Assembly: GCA_963757015.1 (NCBI GenBank)
Contig: CAVWQA010000006.1
Coordinates: 69,399 to 133,398, forward strand
Origin: an uncultured Solirubrobacterales bacterium
GTDB taxonomy: Bacteria; Actinomycetota; Thermoleophilia; Solirubrobacterales; Solirubrobacteraceae
Reading direction: 5' to 3'
Length of the DNA stretch: 64,000 nucleotides
Shown one piece after another: positions 50,245 through 60,887 of this stretch (the stretch's first letter is position 1; each line of letters starts with the position of its first letter). Both the position numbers and the translations under genes were made by a program. The notes under the pieces were generated by a model, which worked only from the letters and a program-made list of their open reading frames with translations, searched no databases and was not told the DNA's origin.

Positions 50245-51864
50245 ATGGCCACCGCCGACGAGCACCGCACGATCGCGCCGATCGTCGGTCCCGACGATCC
50301 GCGCCGGTTCACCGATTCGGGGATCGAGATCCGGCCGTCTTACGACGAGCACGATCCGCCGCCGGATCTCAAAAGCCGGCTCGGCGAGCCCGGCCAATAC
50401 CCGTACACGCGCGGGATCCATCCCGACATGTACCGAAAGCAGCTGTGGACGATGCGCCAGTACGCCGGCTACGCGAGCGCCAAAGAGTCCAACGAGCGGT
50501 ATCGGTACCTGTTGTCGAAGGGCTCGACCGGGCTGTCGATGGCCTTCGACCTGCCGACGCAGCTCGGGCTGGACTCAGATGACCCTCGCTGCCTGGGGGA
50601 GGTGGGGCGGACCGGTGTGGCGATCGACACGATCGACGACATGCGGACCGCCTTTGACCAGATCCCGCTCGATCAGGTCTCGACCTCCATGACCATCAAT
50701 GCGCCGGCGAGCGTGCTGCTGCTCTTGTATGAGCTGGTCGCAGAGGAGCAGGGCGTGGCCTCGGAGCAGCTGCGCGGCACGACGCAGAACGACGTCCTCA
50801 AGGAGTACATCGCGCGCGGCAACTACATCTATCCGCCCGAGGGCGCGATCCGCCTGACCACCGACCTGTTCGCCTACTGCAACGAGCATGTCCCGAAGTG
50901 GAACACGGTCTCGATCAGCGGCTACCACTTCCGCGAAAAAGGGTGCTCGGCGGTGCAGGAGGTCGCGTTCACGCTCGCCAACGGGATCGCCTATGTGCAG
51001 GCGGCGCTCGATGCGGGGCTGTCAGTTGACCAATTCGCGCCGCGGCTGGCCTTCTTCTTCAACGGGCACAACAACGTCTTCCAGGAGGTCGCGAAGTTTC
51101 GCGCGGCGCGCCGGATGTGGGCGACGATCATGCGAGACAGGTTCGACGCGCATGACGAGCGGTCGTGGCGGCTGCGCTTCCACACCCAGACCGGCGGCGT
51201 CACGCTGACCGCGCAGCAGCCCGAGAACAACATCGTCCGGGTGGCCCTTCAGGGGTTTGCCGCGGTCTGTGGCGGCACGCAGTCGCTGCACACCAACGGG
51301 TTCGACGAGGCGCTCGCGCTACCCACCGAACGCGCGGCCAAGCTCGCGCTGCGCACCCAGCAGATCATCGGCTACGAGTCCGGCGCCGCGGACACCGTCG
51401 ACCCCTTCGCCGGCTCGTACTACGTCGAGGCCCTGACCGACGAGATCGAGGCCCGGGCCGGCGAGCTGATCGCCAAGATCGACGAGCTCGGCGGCTCGGT
51501 GCAGGCGATCGACTTCATGACCAACGAGATCGAGGAGTCGGCGTTTGGCTATCACGAGCGCTACCGGATCGGGCAGGACATCGTGGTCGGAGTCAACAAG
51601 TTCGTCGAGGAGTCGGTGGAGGTGCCCGACATCCTGCGTGTCGATCCCGAGTCCGAGCGCCTGCAGCTCGAGCGCCTGGCGGCCTTCAAGGCCGATCGCG
51701 ACGGGGCGCTGGTCAAGCGGCGGCTGGAGGAGGTTCGCGAGGGCGCTCGGGCTAGCCACAATCTGCTGCCGGTGCTGCGCAGCGCGCTTGCGGACCGCTG
51801 CTCTCTGGGGGAAGTTTGCGGCGCGATGCGCGACGTGTTCGGCGACTACCGCCCGTCGTTTTAG
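50245..51864 (+). CDS. Methylmalonyl-CoA mutase family, substrate-binding (large) subunit
   Basis: [16 protein letters not shown] (Tyr), SMTIN, KEYIARG (Arg), SISGYH; no B12-binding domain. Confidence 0.92.
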   Translation: MATADEHRTIAPIVGPDDPRRFTDSGIEIRPSYDEHDPPPDLKSRLGEPGQYPYTRGIHPDMYRKQLWTMRQYAGYASAKESNERYRYLLSKGSTGLSMAFDLPTQLGLDSDDPRCLGEVGRTGVAIDTIDDMRTAFDQIPLDQVSTSMTINAPASVLLLLYELVAEEQGVASEQLRGTTQNDVLKEYIARGNYIYPPEGAIRLTTDLFAYCNEHVPKWNTVSISGYHFREKGCSAVQEVAFTLANGIAYVQAALDAGLSVDQFAPRLAFFFNGHNNVFQEVAKFRAARRMWATIMRDRFDAHDERSWRLRFHTQTGGVTLTAQQPENNIVRVALQGFAAVCGGTQSLHTNGFDEALALPTERAAKLALRTQQIIGYESGAADTVDPFAGSYYVEALTDEIEARAGELIAKIDELGGSVQAIDFMTNEIEESAFGYHERYRIGQDIVVGVNKFVEESVEVPDILRVDPESERLQLERLAAFKADRDGALVKRRLEEVREGARASHNLLPVLRSALADRCSLGEVCGAMRDVFGDYRPSF

Positions 51865-51867
51865 ACC

Positions 51868-52386
51868 TTGCCCGTGCTCGTTACCGCCGCCTCGTTCAAC
51901 GACTTCGTCCTGGGCGTGCACATCCTGGGCGTGGTGGTCGGTTTCGGGGTCACGTTCACCTACCCGGTGTTCCTCCTGGTGGGAGCCAGGCTCGATCCGG
52001 CGGCGATTCCGTGGTTTCACCGGATGCGGCAGCAGCTCGGGCGGCGGATCATCAACCCGGGGCTGCTCGTGGTCGTCATCGCCGGCGTGTATCTGGCCAG
52101 CAGCGAGCACGTCTGGCACCGCCTGTTCGTCAAGTGGGGGGTGGGCGCGGCGCTGCTGATCGGGGCGATCGAGGGCTCGATCATCATCCCCCGGGAAGGC
52201 CGGCTCGCGGAATTGGCGCAGCGAGACGTGGCGGCGGCCGGCGTGGCGGTAGGCGAGCGCGGAAATCGCTCGCGCGTGGTCTGGAGCGCAGAATACGACT
52301 CCGTCTTGAGGCAGGTGGCCATCTTCGCCGGCCTGCTCGATGCGATCGTCGTGGTGACCGTGTTCGTGATGGTCGTCCACGCCTGA
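51868..52386 (+). CDS. Small 4-TM membrane protein (DUF2269-like)
   Basis: VHILGVVVGFG first helix, GVYL, terminal VMVV; four hydrophobic segments. Confidence 0.6.
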   Translation: MPVLVTAASFNDFVLGVHILGVVVGFGVTFTYPVFLLVGARLDPAAIPWFHRMRQQLGRRIINPGLLVVVIAGVYLASSEHVWHRLFVKWGVGAALLIGAIEGSIIIPREGRLAELAQRDVAAAGVAVGERGNRSRVVWSAEYDSVLRQVAIFAGLLDAIVVVTVFVMVVHA

Positions 52387-52462
52387 GCGTGACAGTCGGG
52401 AGGGCGGCTGCGCCCGGACCGACCTGCCCGATTGAGGTGCTGGACGGTCGGTAGCGGGCGGG

Positions 52463-53428
52463 TTATTTCTCGCTGTCCAGCTCCGCCATCTGGGCAGCGC
52501 CATAGCGCGACCCCGCGGCCGCTCCCGGAGGCACGGCGCGCTCGATTGCCTCGAGCTGTTCGGCGGTCAGGTGAAGCGCCAGGCCGGCAAGCGCCTGCTC
52601 GAGCTGGTCGCGCCGCCGCGCGCCGATCAGCGGCATGATGTCCTCGCCGCGAGAGCGGACCCAGGCGATCGCGAGCTGCTGCACCGAGGCCCCGCGCTCG
52701 GAGGCGATTTCCCGCAGACGCCGCACGAGCTCGAGGTTGCGCTGGGCGTTGTCACCGCTGAAGCGCGGAAACCTGCCGCGCAAGTCACCGGGCGCGGGCT
52801 CGCGGTCGGGGCTGAAGCTGTCACTGAGCAGCCCTCGCGAGAGGATCCCGTAGGCGGTGATCGCGATCCCCAGCTCGCGGCAGGTGGGGAGGATCTCGCG
52901 TTCGATTCCGCGCGAGATGATCGAGTACTCGATCTGCAGGTCGGCGATCTGGTGCGTTGCCGCCGCCCGGCGGACGGTCTGCGCGCCGACCTCGGAGAGG
53001 CCGATCGCGCGCACGTAGCCGGCCTGGACGAGCTCGGCGATGGCTCCGATCGTCTCCTCGATCGGCACCTTGGTGTCGAGCCGGGCTGGACGGTAGATGT
53101 CGATGTGGTCGGTGCGCAACCGCTGCAGCGAGTATGCGGCCGCCGTCTTGAGCGCGGCCGGGCTGGCGTCATAGCCGAGCCAGCTTCCGTCTGGCCCGCG
53201 CTGGGCGCCGAACTTGACGCTCAGCCGGTATGAATCCCGGGGCGTCTGCGCGAGCGCGCGCCCGATCAGCATCTCGTTGTGACCCATCCCGTAGAAGTCG
53301 CCGGTGTCGATCAGGGTGAGGCCGGCATCCAGTGCGGCCCGGATCGTGGCCATGCTCTCCGCCTCGTCGGCGGGACCGTAGATGCCCGACATGCCCATGC
53401 AGCCCAGACCGGCTCGATCAACGCTCAT
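52463..53428 (-). CDS. Aldo/keto reductase
   Basis: GLGCMGMS, DTGDFYG, SVKFG, IGLSE, QIEYS. Confidence 0.93.
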   Translation of the reverse strand: MSVDRAGLGCMGMSGIYGPADEAESMATIRAALDAGLTLIDTGDFYGMGHNEMLIGRALAQTPRDSYRLSVKFGAQRGPDGSWLGYDASPAALKTAAAYSLQRLRTDHIDIYRPARLDTKVPIEETIGAIAELVQAGYVRAIGLSEVGAQTVRRAAATHQIADLQIEYSIISRGIEREILPTCRELGIAITAYGILSRGLLSDSFSPDREPAPGDLRGRFPRFSGDNAQRNLELVRRLREIASERGASVQQLAIAWVRSRGEDIMPLIGARRRDQLEQALAGLALHLTAEQLEAIERAVPPGAAAGSRYGAAQMAELDSEK

Positions 53429-53531
53429 TTGTTACCCACTTTCATCGCCGTTTGGGGGCGTACCCATGATGACCGCTGCAAGCTGTCAAACCGCGGCAGG
53501 AGTCGCGGGCCAACCTGCGAAACCTGGACTC

Positions 53532-54551
53532 ATGACAATTCACACAGCGAGCCGGACGCTGCTCAAGTCGCCGCCCGAGCTGTGGGCCGAGTGCAGCGAA
53601 GCGCAGTCTCTGCACCGCCACCTGGACAAGTTTGGGGAGATCAAGATCACGAGGCTCGAGCCTGAGACGACGGTAGCCTGGGAGGGCGAGCGCGCGAGCG
53701 GCACCGTTAGGCTCGAGCCGTCCGGGTGGGGTACGCGGGTGATCCTGACCGCCGAGGAGTGCGAGATGCCCGGCGTGTCAGGCGGGCCGCCCCGGGCCCC
53801 CGAGGTAGTGCCGTCGTCGCCTGCGGTCGTGGAGCCCGACGTGCCCGTGGCCGGGGAGTCCGCGCCGGAGGAGCCTGCGACCGAGCAGCCCGCGGCCGAG
53901 CAGCCCGCGGTGAAGGAGCCGGCGGCGGAGGAGCCTGCGGCGGAGCAGCCCGCGCCCGAGCAGCCCGCGGTGAAGGAGCCGGCGCCGGAGGAGCCCACTC
54001 GCCCCGTTGGGCGTTTCGATCCCACGCCGGGCGAGCCGGCCCTAGAGCCCGGGCGGCCGGCTACCGCTCCGCAGCCCGAGCCCCGCAAGGGCCTGTTCGC
54101 GCGGCTGCTGGCGCGGATGCGCGCCCCTGCGGCAGTGCCCGTCCAACCGCCAGCGCCGAACCCGTCGGCACCCAAGGTCGTGCCAGTCGCCCCCGAGCCG
54201 CGGGCGACGGCGAAGATCGGCACCGCGCCATCACCGGCGGTGCGCCGGGTTTACACCGCAGCCTCGCCGGAGGGACCCCGGGCTGACGCCGGACCCGCGC
54301 CGAGCGTGCGTCCGCGCGACGCCGCGCCCTCGACGAGCGTTTCTCCACGCGACTTCGCGGCCTCGACGAGCGTGCGTCCGCGCGACGCCGCGCCCGAGCC
54401 AGACGCCGGGCCCGAGCCCGCTGAAGGGCCCAAACCCGATGCCCAGCCCGATCCGGCCAAGTCCCCCGAAGCAGTGGCCACCGAGACCGCCCTGACCGAC
54501 GCGCTCGACAGTCTCGGCATGGCCCATCACCGGCCGTTCTCTCGCGCCTGA
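53532..54551 (+). CDS. Hypothetical protein: SRPBCC/START-like N-terminus, long Pro/Ala/Glu repeat linker, short C-terminal helix
   Basis: SPPELWAE...VAWEG...VRLEPSGWGTRVILT, then low-complexity region, then LTDALDSLGMAHHRPFSR. Confidence 0.6.
   Translation: MTIHTASRTLLKSPPELWAECSEAQSLHRHLDKFGEIKITRLEPETTVAWEGERASGTVRLEPSGWGTRVILTAEECEMPGVSGGPPRAPEVVPSSPAVVEPDVPVAGESAPEEPATEQPAAEQPAVKEPAAEEPAAEQPAPEQPAVKEPAPEEPTRPVGRFDPTPGEPALEPGRPATAPQPEPRKGLFARLLARMRAPAAVPVQPPAPNPSAPKVVPVAPEPRATAKIGTAPSPAVRRVYTAASPEGPRADAGPAPSVRPRDAAPSTSVSPRDFAASTSVRPRDAAPEPDAGPEPAEGPKPDAQPDPAKSPEAVATETALTDALDSLGMAHHRPFSRA
53862..53996 (+). repeat. Intragenic 15-bp tandem units in a 60-bp higher-order repeat (PA-x-E-[QE])
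   Basis: GAGCAGCCCGCG and GAGGAGCC units repeated; CCCGCGGTGAAGGAGCCGGCG occurs twice, 60 bp apart. Confidence 0.85.
54300..54395 (+). repeat. Three intragenic ~33-bp repeats (STSVRPRDAAP)
   Basis: AGCGTGCGTCCGCGCGACGCCGCGCCC twice with a degenerate copy between. Confidence 0.8.
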
Positions 54552-54562
54552 GCGGCTGTCAG

Positions 54563-55300
54563 TTAGTTCCTGTGGGAGGCCAGTGATTGCGCCGCGCTGG
54601 GGATGATGGCGGCGCCGGCTCCGTTGGTGACAAACGCATAGCCGGCCGACCAGTCGGGGTTGTTGATCGTCCTCGTGCCCTCGTTCTGGACGCACATGCC
54701 GATGTTCCAGGTCCCGGCTCCGGGCGTCCCGGTCCAGGAGCTGGCATACGTGAGGCGTGTGCTCACCACCGTGACGTCTTGAAAGTCCAGCGGGTTGCCG
54801 CCCAGTGGGGTGATTGCGCCTCCCGCAGCCGACTGTGTACAGATGCTCACTCTGACCGCCGACGAGCTGGAGGCGGTGGCCAGGGCCACCGATCCCGTGG
54901 CGCTGACCAGCTGCGTCGCCGTGGTGGCCATCGTCGCTTGCGGCCCGGCGAACACGAACGTGCTCGAAGGTCCGGCGCCGATATCGGCGACCTGTCCGCC
55001 CCAGCTCGCGATCTGCACGAACCCGCTCGGCCCGGGGGCACCCGGGGCCCCCGGAGCACCCGGGGCACCGGCCGATCCACGGGGGCCGGTCTTGCCCCGC
55101 GGGCCGGTCTTGGCCCAGCTGATCTTGCTGTCGCCCTTGTGGCATGGGGCCTTGTAGAGCGTGCGGCTGTGCTTCGTGACGCACGCGTTGACCTTGTTCT
55201 GGCCGCCACTGGCCAGCGCGTAGCCGCCACCGGCGATCAGGACCATGGCCATCCCCACAAGCGCCGCCGGAGTTGCTCGCCCTCCCAGCAGTCGTCTCAT
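54563..55300 (-). CDS. Secreted collagen-like (Gly-X-Y) protein
   Basis: Signal peptide, Cys pair, about 9 GXY triplets (GPRGKTGPRGSAGAPGAPGAPGAPGPS), C-terminal beta-rich domain. Confidence 0.7.
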   Translation of the reverse strand: MRRLLGGRATPAALVGMAMVLIAGGGYALASGGQNKVNACVTKHSRTLYKAPCHKGDSKISWAKTGPRGKTGPRGSAGAPGAPGAPGAPGPSGFVQIASWGGQVADIGAGPSSTFVFAGPQATMATTATQLVSATGSVALATASSSSAVRVSICTQSAAGGAITPLGGNPLDFQDVTVVSTRLTYASSWTGTPGAGTWNIGMCVQNEGTRTINNPDWSAGYAFVTNGAGAAIIPSAAQSLASHRN

Positions 55301-55602
55301 CGTCTGTTGTCCTCCATCCAGTTGCGTATTTGCGCACGCACCGGGCAGCGCGCGATGGTTGCGCGCGCACCCTCGCGACGAGCGTTCGATTTCTTTCGAT
55401 CCCGGTTCAACGCCGATCAGTCCGATCCGTCGGCCAGCGGATCGGTCCCAGCGTCTGACTTACGTGTGAACGCGGCCCAACTTGCTCTCGCGAGGTTCCT
55501 GGTTCGTGATTGGCCCTCGCGGCAAAAGTAGCCAACCCCCGTCGGCCCGTCAAATCTGAACTCGCCGCCGTCCCCAGAGCGCATAAACTCGCCTGCCGAA
55601 CG

Positions 55603-57171
55603 GTGCGTGAGAAGGCCCCCGAGACCCACGAGGAGAAGCTCGCCCAGCTGCAGGAGTTGCGCGACGAGATGATCCATCACGGCACGGCGGCCGCAGTCTC
55701 CAAGCAGCACGAGAAGGGCAAGTACACCGCGCGCGAGCGAATCGAGAAGCTGCTCGACCCCGGGTCCTTCCAGGAGCTCGACACGTTCGTACGTCACCGT
55801 ACGGCCGACTTCGACATGCAGAAGAACCGTCCCTGGGGTGACGCGGTGGTCACCGGCCACGGCACGATCGACGGCCGCCGGGTGTGCGTATTCAGTCAGG
55901 ACTTCACGGTCTTCGGCGGCTCGCTGGGCGAAGTCATGGCCGAGAAGATGTGCAAGGTGATGGACCTGGCGGCCAAGATCGGCTGTCCGGTGATCGGGAT
56001 CAACGACTCGGGCGGGGCCCGGATCCAGGAGGGCGTGGTCTCGCTCGGGGCCTACGGCGACGTGTTCGTCCGCAACGTCATGTGCAGCGGCGTGATCCCC
56101 CAGATCAGCCTGATCATGGGTCCCTGCGCGGGCGGGGCCGTCTACTCCCCGGCGATGACCGACTTCATCTTCATGGTCAAGCAGACCTCGCACATGTTCA
56201 TCACCGGCCCCGACGTGGTCAAGACGGTCACCGGCGAGGAGCCCACCTTCGAGGAGCTGGGCGGCGCCATGAGCCACTCGAGCAAGTCAGGCGTGGCCCA
56301 TTTCGCCGCCGATGACGAGGACGCGTGCATCGAGGATACGCGTTATCTGCTCTCGTTCCTGCCCCAGAACAACCTCGAGACCCCGCCCCGCGTCCAGCCC
56401 ACCGACGACCCTGACAGGCAGGACCCGGAGCTCGACACGGTAGTCCCCGACAGTCCCAACAAGCCATACGACATGCGCGAGGTCGTGCGGCGGATCGTCG
56501 ACGACGGGGAGTTCTTCGAGGTTCACGAGCACTATGCCCGCAACATCGTGTGCGGCTTCGCACGTCTGGACGGCTACGCGGTCGGCGTGGTCGGCAACCA
56601 GCCGTCGCAGCTCGCGGGCGTGCTCGACATCGACTCCTCGTGCAAGGCGGCCCGGTTCGTGCGCACCTGCGATGCGTTCAACATCCCGCTCGTCACCTTC
56701 TGTGACGTGCCCGGCTTTTTGCCGGGGACCGCTCAGGAGTGGGGCGGGATCATCCGCCACGGGGCCAAGCTGCTGTTCGCCTACACCGAGGCGACCGTGC
56801 CCAAGATCACGATCGTCACCCGCAAGGCCTACGGCGGCGCCTACGACGTCATGGCCTCAAAGCACATGCTGGCCGACTTCAACTTCGCCTGGCCGGGCGC
56901 CGAGGTGGCGGTGATGGGACCCGAGGGCGCGGTCAACATCATCTACCGGCGCGACATCGCCGCCTCGCCGACGCCCGATACGCGCCGCGGAAAGCTGATC
57001 GAGGACTACAAAGCGCACTTCGCCAACCCCTACGTGGCCGCCGAGCGCGGCTACATCGACGACGTGATCATCCCCCACGAGACGCGCCCCAAGGTGATCA
57101 CCGCACTGCAAACGCTTCAGACCAAGCGTCAGGCCGGGCCTCGGCGCAAGCACGGCAACATTCCGCTGTAG
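55603..57171 (+). CDS. Acyl-CoA (propionyl-CoA) carboxylase beta subunit
   Basis: [61 protein letters not shown]. Confidence 0.95.
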   Translation: MREKAPETHEEKLAQLQELRDEMIHHGTAAAVSKQHEKGKYTARERIEKLLDPGSFQELDTFVRHRTADFDMQKNRPWGDAVVTGHGTIDGRRVCVFSQDFTVFGGSLGEVMAEKMCKVMDLAAKIGCPVIGINDSGGARIQEGVVSLGAYGDVFVRNVMCSGVIPQISLIMGPCAGGAVYSPAMTDFIFMVKQTSHMFITGPDVVKTVTGEEPTFEELGGAMSHSSKSGVAHFAADDEDACIEDTRYLLSFLPQNNLETPPRVQPTDDPDRQDPELDTVVPDSPNKPYDMREVVRRIVDDGEFFEVHEHYARNIVCGFARLDGYAVGVVGNQPSQLAGVLDIDSSCKAARFVRTCDAFNIPLVTFCDVPGFLPGTAQEWGGIIRHGAKLLFAYTEATVPKITIVTRKAYGGAYDVMASKHMLADFNFAWPGAEVAVMGPEGAVNIIYRRDIAASPTPDTRRGKLIEDYKAHFANPYVAAERGYIDDVIIPHETRPKVITALQTLQTKRQAGPRRKHGNIPL

Positions 57172-57231
57172 GAGAGGCGCCAACCTCGGTGTCTAACCGG
57201 CCATATTTTCCGCTCAGACACCGAGGTCGGG

Positions 57232-58179
57232 CTAGAGCGTGATCGTCTGCGCCGAGACCGACCCGGAGCGCCAGGCGTCGTAGGCGCCCGAGGCGACTGC
57301 GAGGTCCTGGATCGCTAACCCCGTGGAGTCGAACAGCGTCACCGCCTCGGGCCCAGAGCGTCCGGGCGCCGCACCCGCCAGCACGGCGCCCAGCTCCGTC
57401 ACCCGCTCGCGCCCAACCAGCCCCGCCTGGACCGCGCCGGTGAGCTCGCCGCCATGCCAGGCCTGCTCCCACTCGTCGCAGAACAGCGCGCAGGAGGCGA
57501 CGGCATCCACGGTCGCCTCGGCCTTGCCTGGCCCGTCGGCGCCGAGCATGTTGAGATGCAGGCCGGGGTGCAGGTCGCCGACGTCGACCACCACCTCGGT
57601 TCCGGGAGTGACGAAGCAGACGATCTCACAGCGCACGGCCTCCTGGCGCGAGCCTACCGTCCAGCCGAGCTCGTCGGCCAGCGAGCGCGCGGCATCGACC
57701 GCCGGATCGCAGCAGACCCCCGGGCCGTAGCCGGCGGCCGCCAGGCAGCGTGCGGTCCAGGCCCCGTGCAACCCGCAGCCCACAAGTCCGACGCGCCGCG
57801 CACCCTCGGCAGCCAGCGCCTGGGTGGCCACCGCGGCCACCGCGCCGGTGCGAAGCGCGGTCACCGAGCGCGCGTCGAGCAGCATCAGCGGCTGCCCGGT
57901 GCTGGCGTCCGAGAGGCAGATGACGCCGGTGACGGTCGGTAGGCCCCGCGCCGGGTTGCCCGGGAACGAGGTGATCCACTTCAGCAACGCGAGCCCGGCG
58001 CCGCGCGCGGGCATCGCGCGAAAATCGCCATACGGCGGGCTCTGGAGGTACACCTTGGGCGGCATCACCCAGTCGCCGGCATGAAAGCTGAGAAACGCGT
58101 CGCGGACGCGGTCGATGGCAGCCGCCGGCGAGACGGCCCGCAGCACCGCGTTGTGGTCGAGGACCGGAAGCTCTGGCAC
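57232..58179 (-). CDS. Ornithine cyclodeaminase/mu-crystallin family protein
   Basis: FRAMPA, LKWIT, TALRTGA, GCGLHG, GADGPGKAE, FDSTGLAIQD. Confidence 0.9.
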   Translation of the reverse strand: MPELPVLDHNAVLRAVSPAAAIDRVRDAFLSFHAGDWVMPPKVYLQSPPYGDFRAMPARGAGLALLKWITSFPGNPARGLPTVTGVICLSDASTGQPLMLLDARSVTALRTGAVAAVATQALAAEGARRVGLVGCGLHGAWTARCLAAAGYGPGVCCDPAVDAARSLADELGWTVGSRQEAVRCEIVCFVTPGTEVVVDVGDLHPGLHLNMLGADGPGKAEATVDAVASCALFCDEWEQAWHGGELTGAVQAGLVGRERVTELGAVLAGAAPGRSGPEAVTLFDSTGLAIQDLAVASGAYDAWRSGSVSAQTITL

Positions 58180-58207
58180 CGGCGGGCACGATACCCTCGC
58201 CGCGAAC

Positions 58208-58411
58208 ATGAACCGCCGCCCGAAGCTGACGATTGTCGCTCCCGACGCCTCCCCGGAAGAGGCCGCCGCCGTCGTGGCCGCGCTCGAACGGTTCATGCGC
58301 GATACGGCCCCGCCGCGGGCAGCGCCGCCACCGCCGCCCAGCCCTTGGCTGCTGGCCGCGCTGCAGGAGGGCGTAAGCCGCCAGCCCGCCTTTCCGCCAC
58401 CCTGGATGTAG
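58208..58411 (+). CDS. Acyl-CoA carboxylase epsilon subunit-like small protein
   Basis: ASPEEAAAVVAAL helix, Pro linker, SPW motif; near the beta subunit gene. Confidence 0.7.
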   Translation: MNRRPKLTIVAPDASPEEAAAVVAALERFMRDTAPPRAAPPPPPSPWLLAALQEGVSRQPAFPPPWM

Positions 58412-58484
58412 ACCGGCCCCACGCTAGACTCATCCGCCACAGCGAGGGCGGGAACTGCCCTGCTCGATGGGCGAACGTATGGCT

Positions 58485-60887
58485 ATGAGCCGAGCTAGAG
58501 CTGGCGTGATCCGCGGAGCGGTGCTGTTGGCGGCGCTGGCTGCGCTGTGCGCGCTCGCGCCCAGTGCCGGTGCGGTACTGGTCCGTGTCAGCAAGCACCA
58601 CATCGCCGGGGTGACCCTGGCCAAGGGTGTGCGGCCGACATCGGTGCCCGGCAGCCTCGCCCCAGGCGCGGCCGCGCCCACCGACGAGGGCACCGTCAAC
58701 TACCACGGGGGCCCGGTGCTGCACGGCTCGTCTCCGTATCTGATCTTCTGGGATCCCCACAACGAGCTGACCTCGAGCGACAGGGCGCTGTTTCAGCGCT
58801 ATTTCGCCGATGTCGCCGCCGACAGCGGCGATTCGACCGATGTCTTCGGGACGGACCGCCAATACACGGACTCGAGCGGCTTTGCCAACTACGCCCAGTC
58901 GTGGTCGTCATCGCACGCGATCATCGACAAGCAGCCTTATCCGACCTCCGGTCAGTGCACGGACAACGCCGGCTATACCGAGACGGCGTGCCTGTTCGAT
59001 AGTCAGCTACAGGCCGAGCTCAGCCGGCTGATCTCGGCCGACGACCTACCGACCGGGACAACCGGCGATGCCCCCATCTACTTCATCGTCACCCCCCCGG
59101 ACGTCAACAGCTGCATACCGGGGGGCGGTGTTCCCGACCAGTGCGCCGACAGCACGTTCTGCGCCTTTCACTCGTCTTACTCCGACGGCGACAGCAACGT
59201 CCTCTATGCCGACATTCCCACGGTGCTCGCGGCAAACAGTCCCAAGCTGTGTCAGATGGACGGAAACTCGGGGGTCCAGAGTCCCAATGCCAACCCACTC
59301 GTGGACGTGACACTCAAGTACATCAGCCATGAGGACACCGAGACGATCACCGATCCGCTCTTGTCCGCCTGGTGGGACAGCAGTTCTGGCAACGAGGTCG
59401 CCGACAACTGCAATGCCACCGGGGCGTTCGATCCGCCTGGCCAGACCAATCCCAATGCGTTTGGCCCCACGCTGGGGGGCTCGGCCTCGGCGGGGACGCT
59501 GTTCGACCAAAAGATCAACAGCCACCATTACTACACCCAGAGCGTGTGGAGCAACGGCGACGAAGACTGTGTCATGCATCCGACCAGCAGCGCGCTCAGC
59601 GCCGTCTTCACTGCTCCCGCCAGCGGGTCGACCGGCCACATGGTCGGCTTTGATCCCTCGGCCAGCTCCAGCGCGGGCGGCTACTCGAGCACGACCTGGG
59701 ATTTCGGCGACGGCACCTCAGCCTTCTCGCGCGGCGCGCCGGGCCCGACGAGCCACACCTACACAGCGACGGGCACCTACCAGGTCACGCTCACGCTCGT
59801 CGACGTGTACGGCAACCTGTCCACGACCTCTCAGTCGGTGACGATCCTTCCCGCGCCCAGGGCAGCATTCACGAGCAGCTCGGGGAACCCTCAAGTCAAC
59901 ACCCTGGTGTCGTTCGATGGCTCGGCGTCGAGCGAGCCCGCCCCCGGCAAGATCTCGTCCTACAGCTGGAACTTCGGCGACGGCTCGAGCGGGTCGGGTC
60001 AAACCGTCTTCCACGCCTACGCATCACCCGGCGTCTACACCGTATCCCTGACGGTCAGCGACGGCACCAACAATGACACCGTCTCACAGCCCTTGATCGT
60101 GCACGGCTTGCCATCGGCGGCGTTTGGCGTCGCCACCGTCAACCGGGTGGCCGGCTCGCCGATCTCGTTCGACGGTTCGTCGTCAAGTGAGCCGAATGGC
60201 TCGATCTCGACCTACAGCTGGAACTTCGGCGACGGGTCGCCGGCCGCCGGCGGGGCAAAACCAAGCCACGCCTATGCCCGGGCCGGGACGTATACGGTCA
60301 GGCTGACCGTGGCCGACCCATTTGGCAACACCGCAACCTCCGCGCACACGGTGACCGTGACCAGCATGCTGACGCCCCGGATAGCGCTCGGCAGAGCGCG
60401 ACCCGTGGCGGGCGCCGCGGACTCGTTCGGGGGGGCGGGCTCAACCGACGTGGGCGCGTCGATCTCGTCCTACACCTGGAACTTCGGCGACGGCTCGCGG
60501 GGCTCGGGGGCGTCCGTCTCGCACAGGTACAAAAAGCCCGGCAGCTACAAGGTGACGCTGACGACTACCGACTCGGCCGGCGCGTCATCGGCGACGAGCA
60601 CGATCCTGAGCGTCAGAAATCCGGCGATCACCGCTGTCTCGATCAAGAAGGCCAGCAAGGTGGAGCGGATCACGCTGACGTTCAGCGGCTCCGGGACGTT
60701 GAAGGTGGGCCACAAGAAGTTCAAGGTCCGCAAGGCGGGGAACTTCGTCCTGAAGGTCAGACTGACGCCGGCGCAGATCGCGGCGCATCGGGCGCATCGC
60801 TCGCTGACGATCAAGGTCAAGCTGCGATTTGCACCCACGTTCGGCAATCCGTCGCGCCGGACCGTGACGATCAGGCTGAGGGGCTAG
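58485..60887 (+). CDS. Secreted protein: Phi-1/EXORDIUM-like domain, four PKD domains, basic C-terminal domain
   Basis: Signal peptide; YHGGPVL, FCAFHS, SHEDTETITDP, EVADNC; four W(D/N)FGDG...H.Y...G.Y.V.LT repeats. Confidence 0.8.
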   Translation: MSRARAGVIRGAVLLAALAALCALAPSAGAVLVRVSKHHIAGVTLAKGVRPTSVPGSLAPGAAAPTDEGTVNYHGGPVLHGSSPYLIFWDPHNELTSSDRALFQRYFADVAADSGDSTDVFGTDRQYTDSSGFANYAQSWSSSHAIIDKQPYPTSGQCTDNAGYTETACLFDSQLQAELSRLISADDLPTGTTGDAPIYFIVTPPDVNSCIPGGGVPDQCADSTFCAFHSSYSDGDSNVLYADIPTVLAANSPKLCQMDGNSGVQSPNANPLVDVTLKYISHEDTETITDPLLSAWWDSSSGNEVADNCNATGAFDPPGQTNPNAFGPTLGGSASAGTLFDQKINSHHYYTQSVWSNGDEDCVMHPTSSALSAVFTAPASGSTGHMVGFDPSASSSAGGYSSTTWDFGDGTSAFSRGAPGPTSHTYTATGTYQVTLTLVDVYGNLSTTSQSVTILPAPRAAFTSSSGNPQVNTLVSFDGSASSEPAPGKISSYSWNFGDGSSGSGQTVFHAYASPGVYTVSLTVSDGTNNDTVSQPLIVHGLPSAAFGVATVNRVAGSPISFDGSSSSEPNGSISTYSWNFGDGSPAAGGAKPSHAYARAGTYTVRLTVADPFGNTATSAHTVTVTSMLTPRIALGRARPVAGAADSFGGAGSTDVGASISSYTWNFGDGSRGSGASVSHRYKKPGSYKVTLTTTDSAGASSATSTILSVRNPAITAVSIKKASKVERITLTFSGSGTLKVGHKKFKVRKAGNFVLKVRLTPAQIAAHRAHRSLTIKVKLRFAPTFGNPSRRTVTIRLRG

